Notes under the pieces: model-generated
What the model saw: the letters and a program-made list of their open reading frames with translations, nothing else
Databases searched by the model: none
Told to the model about the DNA's origin: nothing
Source of the DNA: Candidatus Woesearchaeota archaeon CG10_big_fil_rev_8_21_14_0_10_44_13
GTDB lineage: Archaea; Nanobdellota; Nanobdellia; Woesearchaeales; UBA12501
Length of the DNA stretch: 64,000 nt
Direction: 5' to 3'
Assembly: GCA_002762985.1 (NCBI GenBank)
Contig: PCXZ01000030.1
Location: forward strand, 80,399 to 144,398
In this document: positions 57,382 through 64,000 of the stretch, piece after piece
How the letters are laid out: every line of letters starts with the position of its first letter
Numbering within the stretch: position 1 is the first letter of the stretch
Translations under genes and position numbers: made by a program

Positions 57382-57587
57382 CCCTCCTTTGGCTCGTTAA
57401 GGCAAGGAGGTATTTAAATTTAATGAATGGTCTATCAAAACCATGAAATCCCCTGCTCAAAACCTTTTATAACGACACCAAAAGCCTTATAAATATCCTT
57501 CCAACTGACTTATAAAGATATATACGCGAGTATATACGACAGAAACCCCCAAACAGCCCCATAGTTTCTCCGGCAAGGTGATTTCTA

Positions 57588-60494
57588 ATGATAATTTACA
57601 AAGAGAAGCAGGACAGCGAAGAGAAATTGCTGAATATACTGAACCCTACAGTCAGGAAGTGGTTCTTCAGCAGGTTCAAGGAATTCTCACTCCCTCAGCT
57701 TTTCGGCGTGACAGAGATACATTCCAGGAAGAATATACTTGTGTCTGCCCCTACTGGAGCTACAAAGACGCTGACTGCATTCCTCTCTGTGCTTAACGAG
57801 CTTGTCGATTCTGCTGAAAAAGGCATATTGGAGAACAAGATCTACTGCGTTTATATTTCTCCACTCAAGGCGCTGAACAATGACATAGAAAAAAATCTTG
57901 TAGAGCCATTGAAGCAGATTGAGGATATCGCCGGCAAAAAACTCGGCATAAGGGTCGCTGTAAGGACAGGAGACACTACAACGACCGAGAAATCCGCGAT
58001 GCTGAGAAATCCGCCGCACATATTGATAACGACGCCTGAAAGCCTTGCCATAATCCTGGCCTCAATAAAGTTCGTCGATCATCTGAAGGCAGTCGACTGG
58101 GTGATAATAGATGAGATACATGCGCTTGCAGAGAACAAGAGGGGGGTGCATCTTTCATTGAGCGTCGAAAGGCTGCAGAGGCTCAGCAGGTACACTGCAA
58201 GAGTGGGGCTTAGCGCCACTATCGCCCCATTGGAAGAGATAGCCAAATTCCTTGTCGGGTCTGAAACAAGAGACAAGGATAGAGGGGACAAGGAGAGAGA
58301 CTGCATAATCGTTGATGTCCAGTTCCTGAAGAAGATGGACCTCAAGGTGCTGAGCCCTGTCCCGAACCTGATAGAGACCGAGCACAACATAATGCACAAT
58401 GAGATGTATGTGCTGATGGACAGGCTCATACAGGAGCACAAGACTACATTGATATTCACGAACACGAGGTCTGCGACAGAACGTGTTGTACATCATCTCA
58501 AGGAGAAATTCCCTAAGAATTACACTGAGAACATCGGGGCCCATCATGGGAGCCTGAGCAAAGAGCTGAGGTTTGAGATAGAAGAAAAGCTTAGGAAAGG
58601 TGAACTTAAGGTCGTTGTGAGCTCGACAAGCCTTGAATTGGGGATTGATATAGGCTATATAGACCTGGTCATCCTCCTTGGCAGCCCGAAAAGCGTTGCG
58701 AGGGCCCTGCAGAGGATAGGCAGGAGCGGCCACAGGCTGCATGAGACCACAAAAGGCAGGATCATAGTCCTTGACAGGGATGACCTTGTCGAATGCTCTG
58801 TCCTCCTCAAGGCGGCAATCGAGAAGAAGATAGACAAGATCCACATCCCTAAGAACTCCCTTGATGTCCTTGCACAGCACGTCCATGGGATTGCGCTCGA
58901 AGGGCAGATACATTTTGATGAGATGTTCGATATCGTCAGAGGCTCATACTGCTATGAAAACCTGAAAAGATCCGAGCTGAAGGAGATCGTCGAATATCTT
59001 GCAGGCAAATTCATCTCGCTTGAGGACAGGAACATCTACGCAAAGATATGGTATGATGAAAAGACAGGCATGATGGGCAAAAGAGGGAGATTGAGCAGGG
59101 TCATACACATGACGAACATCGGCACGATACCTGATGAGACTGGAGTCAAAGTAAAGCTCGGTGACAGGATAATAGGTGTCATAGAGGAGGCTTTCCTGGA
59201 AAGGCTCAGCAGAGGGGACATCTTTGTCCTGGGCGGTGAAGTCTATGAATTCCTTCATGCGAGAGGGATGTCCATACAGGTGAGGGCATCGCCGCAGAGG
59301 CCCCCCAATGTCCCATCATGGTTCTCTGAGATGCTTCCATTGAGCTTTGACCTCGCATTGGAGATAGGGAGATTCAGGAGGCTGTTGGGGGAGAAGATAG
59401 AGGCAGGGAAGACAAAAGATGCGGCCATAGAGTTCATACTGTCCTACCTTTATGTTGATCAAAATGGCGCAAACTCCATCTATGAATATTTCAGGGAACA
59501 GTTCGATTATGTCGCAGAGATCCCTGAGGATAAGAAGATACTTATAGAGAATTACAGGGATGAGGGGGGGAGGAACAATGCGGTCTTCCATACCTTGTAT
59601 GGCCGGAGGGTTAATGACTGCCTCAGCAGGGCTGTTGCTTTTGCAATAGGGAGGACCCAGCATAAGGATGTCGAGCTCGGCATAAGCGACAATGGCTTCT
59701 ATGTGGCGTCTGCTTCCAAGATAAACGCCCTTGCGGCATTCAGGCTCCTGAAAGCCAAGGATTTCGACAAGGTGCTCTCGAATGCTATAGAGAAGACAGA
59801 GATCCTCAAGAGAAGGTTCAGACACTGCGCAACAAGGGCATTGATGATATTGAGGAGCTATGGGGGGAGGACAAAGAACGTCGGAAGGCAGCAGGTAAGT
59901 TCCATGATACTGATGAATACTGTGAAAAGGATAAACCCTGATTTTTTCATAATCAAGGAGGCCAAGAGGGAAGTCCTTGAGGACCTCATGGATATAGAGA
60001 ATGCAAAGAGGATACTGACAAGGGTTGAGAATGAGGACATAGCGATAAAAGAGATAGTGACTGTGATACCTAGCCCTTTCGCCTTCAGCCTGGTCCTGCA
60101 AGGCAAAGTCGATGTGATGAGGATAGAGGACAAAGTCGAGTTCCTGAGGAGGATGCATAAGAATGTCCTTGCAAAGATCTCCCTGAAGCAGGGTAAAAAG
60201 CTGTCAGCCAAAGAGGAGAAGGAGATCGATTATGAGGAAGTATGGAAAAATGCTGAAGAGAGGAAGCTCACGAAGGAAGAGGAAGAGAAGAAAGAGCTTA
60301 AGATCATGGTGTGGAACCTGAAAAGAGCCCCTTTATTTGCAAAACAGGAGATCATTGACATAATCGACGGCAAAAAAGAGACGGACATAAGCGAGGAATT
60401 CATATCTGCATTGAGGAAATACAGGAAAGAGATCGAGAAGACCTGGCCAAAGGAGCTCAGGAAGCTCGTTTTTGACAGGGTAAGATTAAGCTGA
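57588..60494 (+). CDS. lhr: Lhr-family (Lhr-core) ATP-dependent DNA helicase
   Basis: 968 aa. 'VSAPTGATKT' Walker A, 'DEIH' box and an Lhr-type winged-helix C-terminal extension. Confidence 0.75.
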   Translation: MIIYKEKQDSEEKLLNILNPTVRKWFFSRFKEFSLPQLFGVTEIHSRKNILVSAPTGATKTLTAFLSVLNELVDSAEKGILENKIYCVYISPLKALNNDIEKNLVEPLKQIEDIAGKKLGIRVAVRTGDTTTTEKSAMLRNPPHILITTPESLAIILASIKFVDHLKAVDWVIIDEIHALAENKRGVHLSLSVERLQRLSRYTARVGLSATIAPLEEIAKFLVGSETRDKDRGDKERDCIIVDVQFLKKMDLKVLSPVPNLIETEHNIMHNEMYVLMDRLIQEHKTTLIFTNTRSATERVVHHLKEKFPKNYTENIGAHHGSLSKELRFEIEEKLRKGELKVVVSSTSLELGIDIGYIDLVILLGSPKSVARALQRIGRSGHRLHETTKGRIIVLDRDDLVECSVLLKAAIEKKIDKIHIPKNSLDVLAQHVHGIALEGQIHFDEMFDIVRGSYCYENLKRSELKEIVEYLAGKFISLEDRNIYAKIWYDEKTGMMGKRGRLSRVIHMTNIGTIPDETGVKVKLGDRIIGVIEEAFLERLSRGDIFVLGGEVYEFLHARGMSIQVRASPQRPPNVPSWFSEMLPLSFDLALEIGRFRRLLGEKIEAGKTKDAAIEFILSYLYVDQNGANSIYEYFREQFDYVAEIPEDKKILIENYRDEGGRNNAVFHTLYGRRVNDCLSRAVAFAIGRTQHKDVELGISDNGFYVASASKINALAAFRLLKAKDFDKVLSNAIEKTEILKRRFRHCATRALMILRSYGGRTKNVGRQQVSSMILMNTVKRINPDFFIIKEAKREVLEDLMDIENAKRILTRVENEDIAIKEIVTVIPSPFAFSLVLQGKVDVMRIEDKVEFLRRMHKNVLAKISLKQGKKLSAKEEKEIDYEEVWKNAEERKLTKEEEEKKELKIMVWNLKRAPLFAKQEIIDIIDGKKETDISEEFISALRKYRKEIEKTWPKELRKLVFDRVRLS

Positions 60495-60537
60495 AAAACA
60501 AAAAAATATTTAAATCAGCAGCAGGGGTTGTAGGGTT

Positions 60538-61065
60538 ATGGGGGGAAAGATAGTCGTTGTTGACGAGAAGGATAACTTCCTGAGGGAAGAGGAAAAATCG
60601 AGATGCCATGAGGGAGAAGGGATGCTCCATAGGGCATTCTCTGCGTTCATATTCAATGATAAGAACGAGCTTCTTATCCAGAAGAGGAGCAGGTTCAAGG
60701 TATTATGGCCCATGCACTGGAGCAATAGCTGCTGCAGCCACCCAATAAAAGGCGAAACCTATGAAGGGGCGGCAGAAAGGAGGATAAGAGAGGAGCTCGG
60801 CATCAGCTGCAAGATGAGGCTGCTTTTCAAATTCCAGTACAGCGCAAAATATGGCGATATCGGCTCTGAGAATGAGCTTTGCGCTGTCCTCGCAGGGAGA
60901 TGCGGCAGTAAAATAAAGATTGGCCCTGACCCAAAGGAGATAGCAGAATTCAAATTTGTTGATGTCAAAGAACTGAAAAAGGACATTGAAAAAAATCCTG
61001 ATGTATACACTCCATGGTTCAAGATGGAGCTTGGAAGGGTATTGAAAGAGATGATGATGGGATAG
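60538..61065 (+). CDS. idi: Isopentenyl-diphosphate Δ-isomerase, type 1 (Nudix)
   Basis: 'HRAFSAFIFN', 'WSNSCCSHP' (catalytic Cys) and a Nudix 'GAAERRIREELGI' box. Confidence 0.75.
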   Translation: MGGKIVVVDEKDNFLREEEKSRCHEGEGMLHRAFSAFIFNDKNELLIQKRSRFKVLWPMHWSNSCCSHPIKGETYEGAAERRIREELGISCKMRLLFKFQYSAKYGDIGSENELCAVLAGRCGSKIKIGPDPKEIAEFKFVDVKELKKDIEKNPDVYTPWFKMELGRVLKEMMMG

Positions 61066-61078
61066 AGAATATGCGAAG

Positions 61079-61930
61079 GTGGTCAAAATCGAAGTGATGC
61101 TTGCTGAACATATGGGTATGTGCAATGGGATGAGGAAGGCAGTGAAACTTGCTGAAGAGACGGCTGAAATGTACAGAGGCAACGGCGGGGTCTATATGCT
61201 CGGCCCGATCGCCCATAACCCCCATGTCATGGCCTATTTCAAGGAGAAAGGAGTGGTGAAAGTTGATTCTATCGACGAGATAAGGGCAGAAGCAGGGACA
61301 GTGATAATAAGGGCGCATGGCGTTCCTGACAGCGTCAAGAAGAGTGCTGCAGAAAGGGGGATGAATGTAGTTGATGCTACATGCAATCTTGTCCTTAGAT
61401 CGAAAGATATCGCAAAGATGCTTGAAAATGAGAAATACAAAGTTGTTATCTATGGCGAAAAAAAACATCCTGAGATAATTGGCATAGCAGGGAATCTTGC
61501 TGACCCATTGATTATTGAAGATCTTGACCAGGCAAGAAGCCTCAGTTTATACAAAACAATGGGCCTGATAGCACAGACTACAAGCATGCCTGAAAAATAT
61601 GCTGAGATACAGAAAGAGCTCAGGGCCCATTGTGAATGCCTCAGGATTGAGGATACGATATGCATGGCGACGCAGAACAGGCAGGACTCAGGAAGAAAAA
61701 CAGCCGAAAGGGCAGAATTGATGCTTGTCGTAGGCGATGCAAGCTCATCAAACAGCATGAACTTACTCAAGGCATGCAAGGAGGTCAATGAGTATACTTT
61801 CATGGTCAGCGATGCATCTGGCCTGAAGCCAAACTATTTCAAGGGGATAAAGAAGATCGGCCTTACTGCGAGCGCATCTTCTCCTGAATGGGTCATAAAT
61901 GGCATCGTCAATGCATTAAGGGGCATGTAG
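61079..61930 (+). CDS. ispH: 4-hydroxy-3-methylbut-2-enyl diphosphate reductase (IspH/LytB)
   Basis: IspH blocks 'GMCNGMRKAV', 'GPIAHN', 'RAHGV', 'DATCNLV', 'GEKKHPEIIG', 'QTTS', 'ICMATQNRQ', 'LVVGDASSSNS' and 'GLTASASSPE', plus three cluster Cys. Alternative starts at 61097 or 61112 are possible. Confidence 0.8.
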   Translation: MVKIEVMLAEHMGMCNGMRKAVKLAEETAEMYRGNGGVYMLGPIAHNPHVMAYFKEKGVVKVDSIDEIRAEAGTVIIRAHGVPDSVKKSAAERGMNVVDATCNLVLRSKDIAKMLENEKYKVVIYGEKKHPEIIGIAGNLADPLIIEDLDQARSLSLYKTMGLIAQTTSMPEKYAEIQKELRAHCECLRIEDTICMATQNRQDSGRKTAERAELMLVVGDASSSNSMNLLKACKEVNEYTFMVSDASGLKPNYFKGIKKIGLTASASSPEWVINGIVNALRGM

Positions 61931-61989
61931 CAGAAAGGAGTTTAGCAATGCCCAATATATTTTTATAACCTTCTTCTTATCTTTTACAA

Positions 61990-62727
61990 ATGGATATATC
62001 AAAGAATATCAAAATAGTCGATTTGGGGCTGAAGATAGGCAAAACCCTCATCCTGGCAGACCTCCATATAGGCTATGAAGAGGCATTGAACAAGCAGGGA
62101 CTGATGGTGCCCAGATTTCAGTTCAAAGACCTTCAGGAAAGGCTTGAGAAAATCCTGAAAAAAGCAAATCCTGACGTGATTGTCGTGAACGGCGACATAA
62201 AGCATGAGTTCGGCAGGATCTCAGGGCAGGAATGGAGGGAAACACTGAAGATACTGGATCTTCTGGCTAGGAATTCAAAGAGGGTTATACTTGTCAGGGG
62301 CAATCATGATAAAAAACTCGGGCCGATAGCGAAGAAGAGGGATATTGAGGTAGTTGATGAGTATGAGATTGGGGGAGATGATATAAAAGGAAGGGAGGGT
62401 AAGATCCTTGTCGTCCATGGCGACAAAGAGACAAGGCTGCCGAAAAACACAAGAACGATAATCATCGGCCACGAGCATCCTGCTGTCTCGATAAGAGAAG
62501 GGCAGAGAACAGAGACATTCAAGTGCTTTCTGAAGGGAAAATACAGAGGCAAAGAGCTTATTGTAATGCCGTCGTGCAACCTCGTGACAGAGGGCAGCGA
62601 TATCACAAAAGAGGGTGTTCTGAGCCCGTTCCTGAAGCAGAGACTTGATGATTTCGAGGTTTTTGTGGTAGAAGATGCTGAGAGTGATAAGATATACCGG
62701 TTTGGAAAGCTGAAGAATATAAGATAG
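61990..62727 (+). CDS. Calcineurin-like metallophosphoesterase (MPE-type phosphoesterase/nuclease family)
   Basis: 'ILADLHIG', 'VVNGDIKHEFG', 'VRGNHD' and 'GHEHP' are metallophosphoesterase motifs I-V. Confidence 0.65.
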   Translation: MDISKNIKIVDLGLKIGKTLILADLHIGYEEALNKQGLMVPRFQFKDLQERLEKILKKANPDVIVVNGDIKHEFGRISGQEWRETLKILDLLARNSKRVILVRGNHDKKLGPIAKKRDIEVVDEYEIGGDDIKGREGKILVVHGDKETRLPKNTRTIIIGHEHPAVSIREGQRTETFKCFLKGKYRGKELIVMPSCNLVTEGSDITKEGVLSPFLKQRLDDFEVFVVEDAESDKIYRFGKLKNIR

Positions 62728-62772
62728 AAATCAGAGAGAATCTAAACAGAATCCTTAAGTCAGATCAACAAA

Positions 62773-63147
62773 TCATTTCAAGGCCACGCACTTGTCCCCT
62801 CTGTAAAGGCACCCCGTCACACCATATTCAGCCCTGCAGTTCATACCGCAAGTCACTTTCCTTGCTGTCAAAGGGACATTCTTTACCTGATAGCAATTGC
62901 AGTCGCAGGGGCTTAGGAAGCAGTTTGGATCGCCGGAAGGTGTTATCTCTTTGGATTTCAGATCATCCACATTGACATTCTCCAATGGCTGTGTCTGGGG
63001 CTTGTATTCCTCCTGGGCCTGTGTTGAAGGGTCTGCTGTTGTCTTGATCTCCTGTTTTCCGGAGCAGCCTGCTAAAGAGAACGCGATAAGGCATATCAGG
63101 CTTAATGCCATTGCCATTAAGATTGTTCTTTTTTTCATTTTTTCCAT
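62773..63147 (-). CDS. Secreted lipoprotein with Cys-rich C-terminal domain
   Basis: Signal peptide plus a lipobox ('LAGC'). The mature part contains 8 Cys. Confidence 0.5.
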   Translation of the reverse strand: MEKMKKRTILMAMALSLICLIAFSLAGCSGKQEIKTTADPSTQAQEEYKPQTQPLENVNVDDLKSKEITPSGDPNCFLSPCDCNCYQVKNVPLTARKVTCGMNCRAEYGVTGCLYRGDKCVALK

Positions 63148-63182
63148 ATAAGCCTCAAAACCATGTCTGTTTAAATTTTTTG

Positions 63183-63368
63183 CTATTTTTTATGTTTTTC
63201 TTTGTTTGCCATGCTCTTCCTTAATCTCGGCAGTACAAAATAGGCCAAAATCGCAGCGATTACTATCACGCTCCAGAAAAAGGCCTCGTTTACAAGTTTC
63301 AGTGCAAAAAGAACAAGATTAGCTATAAGGAGAGCTACAAGCAGGATGGCAATTGCCTTCAGGTTCAT
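63183..63368 (-). CDS. Small two-helix membrane protein
   Basis: 61 aa, translationally coupled (ATGA) to the upstream zinc-ribbon ORF. Confidence 0.35.
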   Translation of the reverse strand: MNLKAIAILLVALLIANLVLFALKLVNEAFFWSVIVIAAILAYFVLPRLRKSMANKEKHKK

Positions 63369-63514
63369 TTAGCTTTTCCTACTATCCTGCATACTTTAGT
63401 TCCGCATTTGGGGCAGACACCTCTTATGCATTTGAGGTTGTTCTTCAAGACCGCTTCTTTTGGGTCTTTTATATCAACCTGTTTTCTGCACCTCATGCAT
63501 CTTGCTTGTGGCAT
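63365..63514 (-). CDS. Small zinc-ribbon protein (49 aa, below the ORF-track cutoff)
   Basis: Hand translation gives MPQARCMRCRKQVDIKDPKEAVLKNNLKCIRGVCPKCGTKVCRIVGKAK, with C-x2-C ... C-x2-C plus extra Cys. Its stop overlaps the next start. Confidence 0.35.
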   Translation of the reverse strand: MPQARCMRCRKQVDIKDPKEAVLKNNLKCIRGVCPKCGTKVCRIVGKAK

Positions 63515-63719
63515 TTAGGCACCTCTGTTTTAAAGATTTATCCTATTTATCGTGTTTATGAGGGAGATATAGCTACTTTAGTATATAAATATATTGTATA
63601 AAAACTAAAAAATCATATATGGGCAATATATGAAAATAAGTTATATATGAAAATAATTAAAGATCCTGAAAAAATGAAGAAAATTGAAAATAACACAGAA
63701 GATCGTCTGATTGAAGGAC

Positions 63720-63944
63720 TCATCTCTGGAATATGCCTGCAAACCTGTTCTTCTTCTGCTCCGCTTCCGCATCCTTCCTTATCTGGTCCAGTTGAATCCT
63801 CTGCACATACTCGCCTACCTGGCCTGAGCAATCCGTGCAGTATGCTTTTTTTCCGTTTGTCTTGGCTATGCATTCCCTGCACAAGAGCTTTCCGCACCAT
63901 TGGCATGTCGCTATCGACTGCTTCTGGTGCTTGCTGCATTTCAT
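63720..63944 (-). CDS. Small zinc-finger protein (CxxC-x9-CxxC-x8-CxxC)
   Basis: 74 aa: 'CQWCGKLLCRECIAKTNGKKAYCTDC'. It is preferred over the overlapping 108-aa frame, which lacks motifs. Confidence 0.35.
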   Translation of the reverse strand: MKCSKHQKQSIATCQWCGKLLCRECIAKTNGKKAYCTDCSGQVGEYVQRIQLDQIRKDAEAEQKKNRFAGIFQR

Positions 63945-64000
63945 TTTATTCGTTCTCCACCCTTGGAGCCAGTATGAAGCTCAGGCTCACCTTGTCAAGG

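Noticed and set aside
57578-57796. 72-aa ORF overlapping the Lhr start
   Set aside because: Alternative frame within the well-supported lhr gene.
63613-63939. 108-aa ORF at the window end
   Set aside because: It overlaps the 74-aa triple-CxxC zinc-finger ORF in another frame, and its own sequence lacks motifs. The zinc-finger frame is preferred.
1-64000. CRISPR arrays, rRNA or tRNA genes
   Set aside because: No short direct repeats with regular spacing and no rRNA-like or cloverleaf sequences were seen in any intergenic region.

Overview
This 64 kb window comes from a compact, gene-dense prokaryotic genome at moderate GC with heavy AGG/AGA/ATA codon use. Many genes have TATA-like boxes (TTTATATA / TTTAAATA) 20-35 nt upstream of the ATG, which suggests archaeal leaderless promoters. 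Gene content also leans archaeal: dolichol-phosphate-type GT2 enzymes, PRC-barrel, TrmB, Ogg2, class II NrdJ with a Zn ribbon, and a DUF35/thiolase pair. A DPANN-like or other uncultivated archaeon is most likely. Several clearly bacterial-type genes are also present: NrdR with NrdR boxes, type-1 IDI next to IspH, and an Lhr/MPE-style repair neighbourhood. The domain call is therefore tentative.

Positions ~1.8-43 kb are one large cell-surface glycan island. It holds:
- four paralogous GT-C membrane glycosyltransferases;
- five GT2, one GT4 and one GT-B-like transferases;
- a Wzx flippase and a flippase-like (LPG-synthase TM) protein;
- a CDP-3,6-dideoxyhexose module (rfbF-rfbG-SDR-rfbH, no E3 visible);
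- a nonulosonic-acid module (NeuB-like synthase, NeuA-like CMP-transferase, DegT aminotransferase, LbH acetyltransferase);
- UDP-GlcA/UDP-Xyl formation (Ugd + Uxs + epimerases + phosphohexomutase);
- an AsnB-type amidotransferase;
- a NodB-like/NodU-like deacetylase-carbamoyltransferase pair.

Embedded in the island are a thiolase, a DUF35 scaffold fused to a 3-hydroxyacyl-CoA dehydrogenase, and a two-domain GNAT acyltransferase. The island also contains a 163-bp MITE-like insertion with perfect 9-bp target-site duplications and a cluster of long hairpins upstream of asnB.

The last third of the window (43-64 kb) encodes:
- a TrmB regulator, a lipid kinase and a putative voltage-sensor-domain-only membrane protein;
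- base-excision repair enzymes (Nth, Ogg2) and an RNase-H-like exonuclease;
- a deoxynucleotide cluster: dCMP deaminase, a P-loop kinase, CobA-type corrinoid adenosyltransferase, AdoCbl-dependent RNR NrdJ, and NrdR with two canonical NrdR boxes;
- a lysine-rich H1-like DNA-binding protein, an Lhr helicase, an idi-ispH pair and a metallophosphoesterase.

No rRNA, tRNA or CRISPR arrays were recognised.
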